Below, one piece after another: positions 45,909-56,528 of a stretch of 64,000 nucleotides of DNA. The stretch lies in assembly GCA_903862465.1 (NCBI GenBank), contig CAIOYH010000217.1:2608-66607 (forward strand), written 5' to 3'. The DNA comes from an uncultured bacterium (GTDB taxonomy: Bacteria; Bacteroidota; Bacteroidia; Bacteroidales; CAIWKO01). A program made the position numbers and the translations under genes. The notes beneath the pieces are model-generated. The model saw only the letters and a list, made by a program, of their open reading frames with translations, was not told the origin of the DNA and did no database searches. Numbering within the stretch: position 1 is the first letter of the stretch; every line of letters starts with the position of its first letter.

Positions 45909-46952
45909 TTATCTGCCCCCATTAATAAAGGTGTTCAACTCATCAATTGAGCTTTCAAACGTGAACGCATCGTTGAGTTTGAAATAGTTTCCTTGGTCAT
46001 ACACATGGCTGTAAGCAAACTTAGCATACTCCAATTTGCTAGCTTCAAATGAAAACAACGCCATAATTTCGCGCACTTGTGAACAGAAAAGGCAATTGGC
46101 TGAAGTCACTTGCTTTGCAATGGTCAGCTTGCTGTCTTCAAATGATTTGGAAGCGATGGACGCTTTAGCCGATTGAAAATCATTTGCATTCATGGGCCAA
46201 GGACATCCTACGTTTCCGCTGTAGCCTTGCATCATATAATGGTCGCCGCCACGATGATCGCCGCCGTCACGGTCGTGATGCTCCTCGTTGCCATAGCCGT
46301 TGGTGTGGGTTTCGTTTATGGTCACTCCGCCGTTTGATGAAGTCGTCGTAGTTGTAGTTGTTGTGGTTGATGTAACACCTGTGCCGCTCACGCCTGTATT
46401 TATTGCAGTTCCGTTGGCATTCACATTCACATTCATGTTCACCGCTTGCCCCGTAACAGGGTCAACAACCGATATGCCTACACCACCGTTGCCCATGTTG
46501 CCATTGGTGTTCGTGGTAACTTGATTCGTGGTCACTTGCGTGGTGGTCGTAACAGGTCTTTCCTCCAACAATAGCGGTTGGCTGTATTGCGTAGTGGTCA
46601 CAACCGGGTTTTCTTGATAACTGTTCATTTGTGCAACCCAATTACCTTTTTTGTCTTGCTTCACAATATAATTGAGGCTCAAAAATTTTCCATCCCCATC
46701 GCGTGTAAAAAGATTTTTGTCGATTGGAGGAATAGAGGCATTGGCGAAAATGACTTTCGCTTTGTAGTTAGCTGCCGTCAGACCGGTGACTTTCACACTT
46801 GTCTGAGGTTGATCATTTTGTTTAATCCCGTTAATGATAAGCGTAAACTGTTGCCCATCCATATTAAAGAATGTGACATCTGACGATTGCGCAACAATCT
46901 TCATCGAAAACGCTGCAATGAGTAAACAAACTAAAAGAACTGATTTTTTCAT
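45909..46952 (-). CDS. DUF4476 domain-containing secreted protein
   Basis: Signal peptide MKKSVLLVCLLIAAFSMKIVAQ, a Thr-rich linker, and a C-terminus FQSAKASIASKSFEDSKLTIAKQV...FSFEASKLEYAKFAY typical of DUF4476. Confidence 0.75.
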   Translation of the reverse strand: MKKSVLLVCLLIAAFSMKIVAQSSDVTFFNMDGQQFTLIINGIKQNDQPQTSVKVTGLTAANYKAKVIFANASIPPIDKNLFTRDGDGKFLSLNYIVKQDKKGNWVAQMNSYQENPVVTTTQYSQPLLLEERPVTTTTQVTTNQVTTNTNGNMGNGGVGISVVDPVTGQAVNMNVNVNANGTAINTGVSGTGVTSTTTTTTTTTSSNGGVTINETHTNGYGNEEHHDRDGGDHRGGDHYMMQGYSGNVGCPWPMNANDFQSAKASIASKSFEDSKLTIAKQVTSANCLFCSQVREIMALFSFEASKLEYAKFAYSHVYDQGNYFKLNDAFTFESSIDELNTFINGGR

Positions 46953-47143
46953 GGTTTTAATTTTTATAAGTTAGACTTTGATTGAAATTTCGCTCTGCAA
47001 AAATAATAATAAAACTTGACAAAACGATATATTGATGAAAATTTCATAAGCAATTTTTGTGCCACTATAAAAATAAATGAAAATTTCTTCAAAGAAATAT
47101 GGTCAATTCAAAAAATACTTGTAGGTTTGTAAAAAATATTTCT

Positions 47144-48457
47144 ATGAGCAAGTTTATTGGTATCAGACATGAGGATAAATATGTGATGGAGCGTAGAGCC
47201 CCTCTGACTCCCAAGCATATCGAACGATTGATAAAGCATCACAAGTTGGATTTCGTTGTACAACATTCCGACAAAAGAGTTTTCAAAGAAGACGAATTTA
47301 TAAAAGCAGGCGCCAAAATGGCGAAGGATTTGAAGAAATGCGACATCATTTTGGGGATAAAAGAAATGCCTGTGGAGGTATTCGAACCCGAGAAAACCTA
47401 CGTCTTTTTCTCCCATGTCATCAAGGGACAATCCTATAATATGCCCATGCTCAAGCGGATGATAGACCTAAAGTGTAACCTCATTGATTATGAGAAAATC
47501 GTTGACGAGCAAGGCAAACGGCTTATTTTCTTTGGCAGATATGCCGGATTGGCAGGCATGATCAACACGATTTGGGCGTTTGGTTTGCGTCTGAAATATT
47601 TTGGGAAAGATACCGCTCTCACCAAAATCAAACAAGCACACAAATACAATTCCCTAGCAGAAGCCAAGGAAGACATCTCGATGATAGGGCAGAAGCTAGC
47701 AGAAAAAGGCATCACCGAAGGACTGAAACCTTTCGTGGTGGGGTTCACGGGCTATGGCAATGTATCCAACGGCGCCCAAGAGATATTGGGTTTGTTGCCT
47801 ACCAAGGAGATTTCGCCCGAGAAACTCCTCACGCTGAAGAATCGTCCGAACATCCCCGAGAACATTTTATATAAGGTGATTTTTCGGGAAGAAGATATCT
47901 ACGAACGCATTGATGGCGCGGAGTTCGATTTGCTCGATCTGTATGCCAATCCACACGACTACAAGAGCAAGTTCGAGAAATACGTGCCCCATCTGTCCGT
48001 GCTGATGAATTGCATGTATTGGGACAGCCGCTATCCGCGCATTCTCACCAAAGACTATCTCAAGAAGCTTTTCACCAAAGGCAAGGCAAAGCTCACCGTG
48101 ATAGGCGACATCACCTGCGACCCCGATGGCTCCATAGAGTGTACGCATACGGGCACCCACATAGAAGATCCGATTTTTGTCTATGACCCCCTCACCGATA
48201 CCTATCAGATGGGCTACGAGGGCAATGGCGTTCTCGATATGGCTGTGGATATTCTGCCCAGCGAGTTGCCCCGCGACGCTTCCTACTCATTTGGCGACAT
48301 GTTGGTGAATTTCATCAAGCCCATAGCCAATGCCGACTACGAGATGTCCTTCGAGGATTTAGACTTGCCGAGAGCTATTAAGAAAGGTATGATATTGCAC
48401 CGAGGCGAATTCACACCGGAATATAAATATATGGAGAGTTTTGTGGCTAATCTTTAG
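47144..48457 (+). CDS. Alanine dehydrogenase/PNT-family enzyme, lysine-ketoglutarate reductase (saccharopine dehydrogenase, L-lysine-forming)-like
   Basis: N-terminus FIGIRHEDKYVMERRAPLTPKHI resembles the LKR N-terminus. I prefer the ATG at 47144 (MSKFIG) over 47099. Confidence 0.6.
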   Translation: MSKFIGIRHEDKYVMERRAPLTPKHIERLIKHHKLDFVVQHSDKRVFKEDEFIKAGAKMAKDLKKCDIILGIKEMPVEVFEPEKTYVFFSHVIKGQSYNMPMLKRMIDLKCNLIDYEKIVDEQGKRLIFFGRYAGLAGMINTIWAFGLRLKYFGKDTALTKIKQAHKYNSLAEAKEDISMIGQKLAEKGITEGLKPFVVGFTGYGNVSNGAQEILGLLPTKEISPEKLLTLKNRPNIPENILYKVIFREEDIYERIDGAEFDLLDLYANPHDYKSKFEKYVPHLSVLMNCMYWDSRYPRILTKDYLKKLFTKGKAKLTVIGDITCDPDGSIECTHTGTHIEDPIFVYDPLTDTYQMGYEGNGVLDMAVDILPSELPRDASYSFGDMLVNFIKPIANADYEMSFEDLDLPRAIKKGMILHRGEFTPEYKYMESFVANL

Positions 48458-49571
48458 CCGAAAAGCTTTGCTGAATAATACGGGCAGCTTTCGCAGAAGC
48501 GCCTTGATATCCTAGTTTTTCTTTTAACTGATGATAGTCGGATTGCATCTGCGCAATCGTAGCCGCATCGTATAGAATTTGATGTAATTCGGATTTTAGT
48601 TGATGATGATTCAAGTCATGTTGAATCAATTCGGAAACGATTTTTTTATCCATGATTAGATTCACCAACGAGATATACTTCACTTTAATCAAACGTTTTG
48701 CAATTTGATACGAGAAGTTTGAGCCTTTATAACAAACCACTTCGGGCACCTCCAAAAGCGCCGTCTCCAAAGTTGCCGTCCCCGAAGTGACCAACGCAGC
48801 CGTTGAATTCATCAGCAAATCGTAGGTTTTGTTATACACAATGTGCACATCTTTACCCTGAATCAATGTGGAATAAAACTCCGCTTCGCGAGAAGGAGCT
48901 CCGGCTATAACGAATTGCACCTCTTTGAAATCGTCTTGAACCGAAAGCATAATCTTCAGCATCCGACTAATCTCTTGTTTACGACTGCCGGGCAGCAAGG
49001 CAACGATAGGCTTTTCGCTCAAATGATGCTCCGTTCGGAAATCTTTAAAGTTGGTTGTCTTTTTATACTGTTCAATAGCATCGAGTAGGGGATGCCCAAC
49101 AAAGTCAACTTCCACATTAAATCTCTGATAGAAATCCTTTTCAAAAGGCAATATGACCAACATTTTGTCAACGGTTTTCTTTATTTTGTGAACTCGAGAC
49201 TGTTTCCATGCCCAAATTTGCGGCGAAATGTAATAATAAACCTTTATACCTTTCGCATGAGCGAATTCGGCTATACGCAGATTGAAAGCGGGATAATCCA
49301 CAAGGATGAGCACATCAGGTTGAAAGCTCAGGATGTCATGTTTGCAATAACGCAGATTACCTAAGATGGTTCGCAAGTGCATCAAAACCTCTGCAAATCC
49401 CATGAAAGAGATATCTCTGATATGTTTAACGATTTCCACACCTTGCCCTTGCATCAAATCCCCACCCCAACAGCGGAAAAAAGCCTGCGTATCGTTTTGT
49501 TTTATCTCTCGAATCAAATTAGAAGCATGAAGGTCGCCCGATGCTTCACCGGCAATTACATAATATTTCAT
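48447..49571 (-). CDS. lpxB: Lipid-A-disaccharide synthase
   Basis: MKYYVIAGEASGDLHASNLIREIK, VDYPAFNLRIA, and SGTATLE near the C-terminal half. Confidence 0.9.
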   Translation of the reverse strand: MKYYVIAGEASGDLHASNLIREIKQNDTQAFFRCWGGDLMQGQGVEIVKHIRDISFMGFAEVLMHLRTILGNLRYCKHDILSFQPDVLILVDYPAFNLRIAEFAHAKGIKVYYYISPQIWAWKQSRVHKIKKTVDKMLVILPFEKDFYQRFNVEVDFVGHPLLDAIEQYKKTTNFKDFRTEHHLSEKPIVALLPGSRKQEISRMLKIMLSVQDDFKEVQFVIAGAPSREAEFYSTLIQGKDVHIVYNKTYDLLMNSTAALVTSGTATLETALLEVPEVVCYKGSNFSYQIAKRLIKVKYISLVNLIMDKKIVSELIQHDLNHHQLKSELHQILYDAATIAQMQSDYHQLKEKLGYQGASAKAARIIQQSFSAKD

Positions 49572-50359
49572 GGGTTTTGATTGAGATGAATAAGAGATTG
49601 TCGCTGCATCTCCGAGCAGATAATGGCTGTAGCTATAGACGCATTCAACGACTCCACATGTGTTTCGGCTGCGTTGCCCGATGGGATAAATATCTTGTGG
49701 GTAACAAGCGAAGCAATGTCAGCAGAAATGCCGTTGGCTTCGTTGCCGATAAGTAGAAAACCATAAGCAGCAAATCCTTCGCCATACACGATGTTTCCTT
49801 CGAGAAAAGCTCCATAGACGGGCACAGCAGCGTTTTGTATCACACGTTTCAAATCCTCATAAAAGATATTTACACGGGCAATAGAGCCCATACTTGCCTG
49901 CACAGTTTTAGCATTATAAGCATCCACACAAGTCTCCGAGCAGACAATATTCTTATGACCAAACCAATCGGCTATGCGAATAATTGTGCCCAGATTCCCG
50001 GGATCACGAATGTCATCCAAAGCAATTATCATGGATTTCGAACTCAGTTCCACATCAAATTGCCGTTGTGGAATTTCAGCAACAGCCAACACCTGATTGG
50101 GCGTGGTGAGCGAACTGATTTTCGTAAGCTCTTCAAACGAAACAGGAACGATTGTTTTCGCCTTATGGACGAGTTCCGAATGTGCCTCTATCCATTCACC
50201 CAAAGCATAAATCACCGAAATCGCAACAGAACTGTCAAGCAGGTCGCCAACAATTTTCGAACCTTCGGCAATAAATTCCTGATGTTGTATCCGAAATTTC
50301 TTCAACCGAAGCGCATGGATATATTTTATTTCGTTCTTGCTTATCATATAAAAGTGCAA
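49568..50359 (-). CDS. TrmH/SpoU-family RNA 2'-O-methyltransferase
   Basis: ALDDIRDPGNLGTIIRIADWFG, LLIGNEANGIS, and SLNASIATAI (SPOUT knot motifs). Has an ATGA overlap with lpxB. Confidence 0.85.
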   Translation of the reverse strand: MHFYMISKNEIKYIHALRLKKFRIQHQEFIAEGSKIVGDLLDSSVAISVIYALGEWIEAHSELVHKAKTIVPVSFEELTKISSLTTPNQVLAVAEIPQRQFDVELSSKSMIIALDDIRDPGNLGTIIRIADWFGHKNIVCSETCVDAYNAKTVQASMGSIARVNIFYEDLKRVIQNAAVPVYGAFLEGNIVYGEGFAAYGFLLIGNEANGISADIASLVTHKIFIPSGNAAETHVESLNASIATAIICSEMQRQSLIHLNQNP

Positions 50360-50362
50360 AAA

Positions 50363-50389
50363 TAAAAAAATCCCGACATATAGTCGGGA
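50363..50389 (-). terminator. Rho-independent terminator after rplI
   Basis: TCCCGAC-ATATA-GTCGGGA hairpin with a minus-strand T-run. Confidence 0.75.
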
Positions 50390-50425
50390 TTAAATTATAA
50401 ATTAAAATGAAATAGCTGCTTTCGC

Positions 50426-50875
50426 TTATTCAGCAATAACTTCAAATTTGATTTCAACTTTGATTTCTTTGTAGATATTCACCCGTGCAGTGTAAGTTCC
50501 CAATTCTTTCACATGATCGCCATCAACGAATATTTTCTTGCGGTCGATGTCATAATTAAATTGTTCTTTGATAGCATCTGCAATTTGAATAGCATTCACC
50601 GAACCGAAAATCTTTCCTGATGTACCGGCTTTTGCGCCAATTTTCACCGTGATATTTTCCAATGCTTTAGCAAGCGTTTCTGATTGGCTTCTGATTTTGT
50701 TTTCTTTAAAAGCTTTCTGACGAATCATTTCGGCATGTTCTTTTTCAGAAGAAGGCGTGAGCATAATAGCAAAGCCTTGAGGGATAAGGAAGTTTCTAGC
50801 GTAGCCATTCTTCACCTTAACGATTTCATGGGCATAACCCAATTTATTAATGTCTTGTTTTAATATTATTTTCAT
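50426..50875 (-). CDS. rplI: 50S ribosomal protein L9
   Basis: MKIILKQDINKLGYAHEIVKVKNGYARNFLIPQG, in the conserved rpsF-rpsR-rplI order. Confidence 0.95.
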   Translation of the reverse strand: MKIILKQDINKLGYAHEIVKVKNGYARNFLIPQGFAIMLTPSSEKEHAEMIRQKAFKENKIRSQSETLAKALENITVKIGAKAGTSGKIFGSVNAIQIADAIKEQFNYDIDRKKIFVDGDHVKELGTYTARVNIYKEIKVEIKFEVIAE

Positions 50876-50890
50876 GGTTCGACTCTCCTC

Positions 50891-51163
50891 TTATTTTAAT
50901 AAATCGGCTACATAAGGTAATAAAGCGATGTGGCGAGCTCTTTTAATTGCTTTTGCCAGTTTACGTTGATATTTCAACGAGGTACCTGTGAGTCTGCGTG
51001 GTAAAATCTTGCCTTGTTCGTTGATAAATCTGAGCAAAAAAGTCTCATCTTTATAGTCAATAAACTTGATGCCGTGTTTTTTGAAGCGGCAATATTTTTT
51101 CTTTTTAACATCAACCGTAATTGGAGTTAAATATCTGATTTCGCTGTCGTTTTGTGCTGTCAT
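50891..51163 (-). CDS. rpsR: 30S ribosomal protein S18
   Basis: [29 protein letters not shown]...[19 protein letters not shown]. Confidence 0.95.
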   Translation of the reverse strand: MTAQNDSEIRYLTPITVDVKKKKYCRFKKHGIKFIDYKDETFLLRFINEQGKILPRRLTGTSLKYQRKLAKAIKRARHIALLPYVADLLK

Positions 51164-51189
51164 AATTTCTATAGGTTTTTGTTACACGT

Positions 51190-51543
51190 TTAGGATACCA
51201 CTTTTTCTTTTGCTGCTTTTTCGCTGCGTTTTCTTTCTTTGAACGCCACGGCATGTTTGTCGAGCGATACCGTCAAAAAGCGCAAGAATCTTTCGTCGCG
51301 TTTGAAGGCAACTTCCAATGGCGCAATAACGCTAGGTTCTGATTTGAATTCAATCAGGTGATAAAATCCTGTAGATTTCTTTTGAATTGGGTAAGCAAGC
51401 TTGCGCAAGCCCCAACTGTCTGATATCACAATTTCTGCTCCTTTTTCAACGAGTAAATCATGATATTTCTTTACCGCTTCCTTTACCTGATCTTCAGATA
51501 AAACGGGAGTTAAAATGAAAACGGTTTCATAATGATTTGTCAT
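51190..51543 (-). CDS. rpsF: 30S ribosomal protein S6
   Basis: [25 protein letters not shown]...[23 protein letters not shown]. Confidence 0.95.
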   Translation of the reverse strand: MTNHYETVFILTPVLSEDQVKEAVKKYHDLLVEKGAEIVISDSWGLRKLAYPIQKKSTGFYHLIEFKSEPSVIAPLEVAFKRDERFLRFLTVSLDKHAVAFKERKRSEKAAKEKVVS

Positions 51544-51688
51544 TTCTTTTAATGTTTAGTAAGTAATAATTTTATTGTTTCCAAAAATGGAGTGCAAAAG
51601 TATGAATAATATTTGGATTGGCAATACAAAAGCAAGAAAAAACATTAAACTTCATCAAAACATAAAACAATTAAAATCAATTCCGATG

Positions 51689-53203
51689 TCATTTTTTGTT
51701 TTCAAGTTCGCCAAAGATGATGGCGGTGTAAACATATATGTCGGCATCTTTCCATCCGTTCCAACCAATTCCGGCTTTGTCTTGAGCGCAATGTCCTAAG
51801 AATTCTTCCTTGGTCCAATTAGTTTGTGTTGCCACTTGAGGCAAGAAAGTGCCCCCATAATTGCCTTTGATGATATAAATGCCATGCTTCCCCAATTCAA
51901 TTTCATCTATAGAATTTATTTTTCGAAGTGGCGAAAGTACTGAAATTTCAATATCAATCTGACTCAACTCGACAGAAGTTACCGTGTCAAAACGCGTATC
52001 TTCATTTGCCGAAGCTTTTGTCATGTCTTGAATGATTTTGTATAAAGGTTTTTTCGCAGTGAACTGCCCGATACAACCCCGTAGATTGCCATTTTTATGC
52101 AAAGTAACAAAGGCTCCACAGTTTTGCTTGATAGTATTGGACATCTTCGTCGTGTCAACATCGGGTGTTTTGCCGGTTTTCACAAACTCCGCTAAGGTGT
52201 TGCGAGCAATTTGCAATAGAACGCTTTTATCAGCATCACTAAGGGTGAATTCAGAGGTCTCAGCTTTGTTCTGAGTAACAACAATAGCATGGTATCCGAC
52301 AACTTGCAAGGAATCTCCATACTTGGGAGCATCGCCTGAATTTTTATATTCCAAAGGAATAATTTGCACACCTTCTATTTTTTGAGTCATATAGAGCAGG
52401 GTCAACACAGAAGTCCATCCGCACAAACTCGTTTGAAGATTCGTGATGTTGAGTTTGTTGTTTGCATTTAATGTCTTCAGTAAAGCCGAAGGTGAATTAC
52501 TTTTTATGGCATCGCAGGTAAGTTTATCCACATTCGTGGCATCGGCATACTTGGGATAATGCGAAAAATCGGTGCTTATCACGAATAAATTATCCGAAGT
52601 GAAATAAGGCGACAACACTTTGGCAACTTCCTCGCAAACCCGTGCATCATCTGTTCCGATGATAATTGGAATTATTCGAAACGGCTTCTTTAGATGATAT
52701 TGCAAAAACGGCAACTGTACTTCGATGCTGTGTTCGAGCTTGTGCGCATCATTCTTCTTAATAAAAATACTATTGTCTTTGATGAGGTTCTTGCCAAATG
52801 CGGTGTCCACTTCAACTATGCCCAAGGGCGTTATAAAATTGCCATCAACAAACACGGCGGCAGCATTAAAATACGCTCTATGGCTCGAACCAATAACAAA
52901 AATATGTTGATAGTCCTTTTCTGCATCAATTTGATTGAAACTTGTTGCTGCCACTTCGCCCGAAAACACATATCCTGCATGGGGCGCAATAATAGCAAGG
53001 ACATTTTCGTTTTGCTTGGGCAAAGCTTTTGAAAAAAGGTTTTTCATATCGCTCATCAAGGTCACGGAATCGGCAGCATAAAACTGTCCGGCAACGGCAG
53101 CCTTACGGTCATTGGGATTTGGAGGTGTATTTTGTGAATTACAACATTCAGACATAATCAAAAAATTTACGAATACAATAAATAAGAATCGAAACATGTT
53201 CAA
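51689..53203 (-). CDS. Memo-like (AmmeMemoRadiSam protein B) and AMMECR1 (protein A) fusion with a signal-like N-terminus
   Basis: AGQFYAAD...AIIAPHAGYVFSGEVAA is Memo. GAFVTLHKNGNLRGCIG is AMMECR1. The N-terminus MNMFRFLFIVFVNFLIMSECC is hydrophobic. Confidence 0.8.
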   Translation of the reverse strand: MNMFRFLFIVFVNFLIMSECCNSQNTPPNPNDRKAAVAGQFYAADSVTLMSDMKNLFSKALPKQNENVLAIIAPHAGYVFSGEVAATSFNQIDAEKDYQHIFVIGSSHRAYFNAAAVFVDGNFITPLGIVEVDTAFGKNLIKDNSIFIKKNDAHKLEHSIEVQLPFLQYHLKKPFRIIPIIIGTDDARVCEEVAKVLSPYFTSDNLFVISTDFSHYPKYADATNVDKLTCDAIKSNSPSALLKTLNANNKLNITNLQTSLCGWTSVLTLLYMTQKIEGVQIIPLEYKNSGDAPKYGDSLQVVGYHAIVVTQNKAETSEFTLSDADKSVLLQIARNTLAEFVKTGKTPDVDTTKMSNTIKQNCGAFVTLHKNGNLRGCIGQFTAKKPLYKIIQDMTKASANEDTRFDTVTSVELSQIDIEISVLSPLRKINSIDEIELGKHGIYIIKGNYGGTFLPQVATQTNWTKEEFLGHCAQDKAGIGWNGWKDADIYVYTAIIFGELENKK

Positions 53204-53314
53204 CGGCTTTGTACAAAATTACAGAAAAAAAACATCCCAATTCAAATAAATGTAGAATATTTTATGGTTAGTTGAACAAATATGCCTATTTTTGGATTTT
53301 GAAAAACTATTATT

Positions 53315-54016
53315 ATGGAAGTCACACAAAAAACACGCAGCAATGCCATCATCCAACTTGAGAAAATTTCGGTATTTCAACACCATGTTTTGATAGTAAC
53401 CGATGTGTCTTTATTTATCGGACGCGGCGAATTTGTTTACCTTATCGGACCTACAGGAAGCGGAAAAAGCAGCTTGTTGAAACTGATGTATGCCGATTTG
53501 CCTGCCGTGGATGGCTTTGCACAGGTGGCAGGCTATGATTTGCGCAAGATAAAACAAAAGCAAGTTCCTTTCTTGCGACGCAAAATTGGCATAGTGTTTC
53601 AGGATTTTCAATTGTTGACCGACCGTACGGTGAACGAAAACTTGCTCTTTGTGATGCGTGCCACAGGATGGAACAATAAAATTGACATCAAACAGCGAAG
53701 TATAGAGGTGTTGGATATGGTTGGCTTGAGCGACAAAGGCAACAAAATGCCTAATCAGCTTTCGGGAGGCGAACAACAGCGGGTTGCTATTGCACGTGCA
53801 TTAATCAATCATCCCGAAGTTATTTTGGCTGACGAACCCACCGGAAACCTCGACCCAAACACATCCGAAGATATTCTAAAAGTGTTATTAAATATAAGCC
53901 AAACCGGAACGGCTGTGCTGATGGCTACGCATGATTATTCCTTATTCAAAAGATTTCCATCACGAACATTGCAGATTGAAGATGGACGTTTACTCGAGAA
54001 ATCGGATTCTCAATAA
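53315..54016 (+). CDS. ftsE: Cell-division ABC ATPase FtsE-like
   Basis: Walker A GPTGSGKSS, signature LSGGEQQRVAIARAL, Walker B ILADEPTGNLD. About 230 aa. Confidence 0.8.
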   Translation: MEVTQKTRSNAIIQLEKISVFQHHVLIVTDVSLFIGRGEFVYLIGPTGSGKSSLLKLMYADLPAVDGFAQVAGYDLRKIKQKQVPFLRRKIGIVFQDFQLLTDRTVNENLLFVMRATGWNNKIDIKQRSIEVLDMVGLSDKGNKMPNQLSGGEQQRVAIARALINHPEVILADEPTGNLDPNTSEDILKVLLNISQTGTAVLMATHDYSLFKRFPSRTLQIEDGRLLEKSDSQ

Positions 54017-55134
54017 AAAAGCATATTGATTAGGGCTTGGGTGTTGTGGTCATTGGAAAAACCATTGCACAGCAGTATCTCGTTCCTCTTGCTAATTTCA
54101 TTCAAATCGAAATCTTTTTCGAACAAAGATTTCAGTTCTTGCTTCATTCTTTCGGCAGTATCTCTGCAAACGCAGATACTTTCAAGACCTGTTTTGTCAA
54201 TCATCGGGGTATTCACCAAACAGTATCTACCGCGAAACAATGCCGCCAACAGCTTTAATTTGATGCCCGTTGATTGAAAAGTGGGCAGGATGTTCACATG
54301 AGCATCGGCAATCAGTTCATAGATATCGTCACTGTTGATATTGGTCTTTAGTTGAATGTTTGCTTTGCCCGCAATAGCATTTTTCAATTCTTTGGATGGC
54401 TTGTTGCCTGCAATAATCAAGGGAATTTCGCTATCGTTGAAAACCTGTTCAACCAAAAACATGGCGGCTTGATTGTTTTCGCCCACATCCATGCTGCCAT
54501 GATACAACGCATACGAGCCTCTTCCCGGTTTAGAACTTACGACTTCATTGGGATGAAATGCCGATATCGTTTGAGCTTTTTTATATTTTTTAGAGAAATA
54601 GGCAGTATCATTCTTTGATATGGCAGCTATGCCTTGGGCATAATCCAACACTTTTTCGTATCGGGCAAGTTTCCCGGCTTCGTTCAAAAAATAATACCGT
54701 TTGAAAAGATTTTTTTCAACTTGCGCAAGATTGTAATAATAGTCATGTTCAATATTATGAGTTCTGACTATCTTCCTGCGATTGCGGATGCGTTTGTCAT
54801 TTAGAAAAGATGTGGTATGCAATCCTTCAAACAAAATGGGGTAGTCATCGTGAAGCAATAAACTCAGCAAATCCTTTGAATCGCGAGTAGTAACAATATA
54901 GGGTTTGCGATTAAATAGTTTGGTTTTTGATATGTTGCGTTTAAAATAATGAACATCTTCGCATAAACTATTGAGCAGTTCGGAGGGTTTTCTGTCATAC
55001 TCGAAGCAATACAGATGAATTTTTACACCTGCAGTATGCAGACATTTTATTTTATAAAAGATATCAATAGCCCCCCCATAATTGACGGGCACCGGAATGT
55101 CGAAGGCTATTATATGTAGATGTTTGTCAGGCAT
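54010..55134 (-). CDS. Glycosyltransferase (GT4-like)
   Basis: GT-B size, with a C-terminal region IPLIIAGNKP...NILPTFQSTGIKLKLLAALFRG. Confidence 0.65.
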   Translation of the reverse strand: MPDKHLHIIAFDIPVPVNYGGAIDIFYKIKCLHTAGVKIHLYCFEYDRKPSELLNSLCEDVHYFKRNISKTKLFNRKPYIVTTRDSKDLLSLLLHDDYPILFEGLHTTSFLNDKRIRNRRKIVRTHNIEHDYYYNLAQVEKNLFKRYYFLNEAGKLARYEKVLDYAQGIAAISKNDTAYFSKKYKKAQTISAFHPNEVVSSKPGRGSYALYHGSMDVGENNQAAMFLVEQVFNDSEIPLIIAGNKPSKELKNAIAGKANIQLKTNINSDDIYELIADAHVNILPTFQSTGIKLKLLAALFRGRYCLVNTPMIDKTGLESICVCRDTAERMKQELKSLFEKDFDLNEISKRNEILLCNGFSNDHNTQALINMLFY

Positions 55135-56242
55135 ATTTTTGTAGCATGTTCAACAATGTTTTTTCTTCGGCTTCCCAATTGAGTTTTTCGGCAGCATGCT
55201 TTAGATTCTTTTTCCAAACAGCCCTTGCTGTTGTATCTGTTACCATGAAGTGCATTTTTTCAGCGATATGTTGGGGTTCATGAGAATCAATGGTGCACCC
55301 AATTTGGTATTCGTCAATAATCCTTTTAATTTCAATCAAAGGGGATGCAAGAATGGGAATACCTGCATGGATGTAATCAAAAAGTTTGTTGGGCAAACTA
55401 TAACGATAGTTGATATTGGTGTCTTTGTCGAGGGTGAGTCCCAAATCGGCATTGGCAGTATAATGAAATAATTGCGCCATCGGTTGTTTGGCAACGAACA
55501 TCACTTTGCCACGATATTCGGGCTGTTGAGCTGTTTCTTTCAAGCTAGAAATCACATCGCCATCGCCCACTATCAACAGTATTGTGTCTTCCATAAATTG
55601 CATAGCTTCCAACGCTTCTTCGGCGCCTCGCTGCATGTTGATGCCTGCTCCTTGCAGGATGATGATGTGTTTATCCTCAGGCAATCCAAGCTCCTTGCGT
55701 GATTTGATGTTTGCGGTGGAATGCAGGGGCGAAATGTTGCGAACAACGGTAAGTTCTTTGTGGTATTCGCTTTGATACAAGTCGGCGATAGAGCGATTGA
55801 CCGTAATGATGTCTGTTAATTTGGGAAACACGTAGCGCTCGATGCGTTTCCATGTCTTCTGCACAAAAGGTCTTTCGATAAGTTCAGGCACTTCGGTGAA
55901 ATATTCATGACTATCATACACCAAAGGGATTCTTTTGGTACGTGACACGAGATAGTTCGGCAACAGGGTATCCAAATCATTGGCAAAAAGCAAATCGGCT
56001 TTTGTAAACAGGAGTAAAAAGAAGAGTCGAATGTTGAAAAATCCATAAAAGAGAAAGCCTTTCTGAAAAATCATGTTGAAGCGAAACATGCGATAATTGC
56101 GTTGGGGCAAGTTGTAGCTATTTTTCTTTCGCCTGCCCACAAGCAACACGACAAAGCCAAGCTTTACTAAGGTATTGCAGGTTTTATCCACTCGTTGGTC
56201 GGTAACAAGGTCGTTAATCACAGAAACGATAGCTCTCTTCAA
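55127..56242 (-). CDS. Glycosyltransferase family 4
   Basis: ILLIVGDGD, LPNKLFDYIHAGIPILASP. Has an 8-nt overlap with the downstream GT gene. Confidence 0.75.
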   Translation of the reverse strand: MKRAIVSVINDLVTDQRVDKTCNTLVKLGFVVLLVGRRKKNSYNLPQRNYRMFRFNMIFQKGFLFYGFFNIRLFFLLLFTKADLLFANDLDTLLPNYLVSRTKRIPLVYDSHEYFTEVPELIERPFVQKTWKRIERYVFPKLTDIITVNRSIADLYQSEYHKELTVVRNISPLHSTANIKSRKELGLPEDKHIIILQGAGINMQRGAEEALEAMQFMEDTILLIVGDGDVISSLKETAQQPEYRGKVMFVAKQPMAQLFHYTANADLGLTLDKDTNINYRYSLPNKLFDYIHAGIPILASPLIEIKRIIDEYQIGCTIDSHEPQHIAEKMHFMVTDTTARAVWKKNLKHAAEKLNWEAEEKTLLNMLQKYA

Positions 56243-56528
56243 GGTATTTTTTTACTTGATAAATGAATTTCGTTATAAACGTTCAATAATAAAGTATCGT
56301 ATGTATTTGGGAAATAAAAAAAGCAGACTTTCGTATGCTTTAGATATCAAGAAAAGAGTTTAAACCTTTATTGATTTTCCACATCAAATCGTCCGCTGAA
56401 ACCTTATATAAAGGTGTAAACTATCTTTCCATACTTGCGAACCGTTTCCAGCGGATGTGGTGATAGCCATACCTGAATTCCAATAGACATCGCGAAGTTT
56501 GCCGGAAGCACTTTACAAGTGTCGAAAG

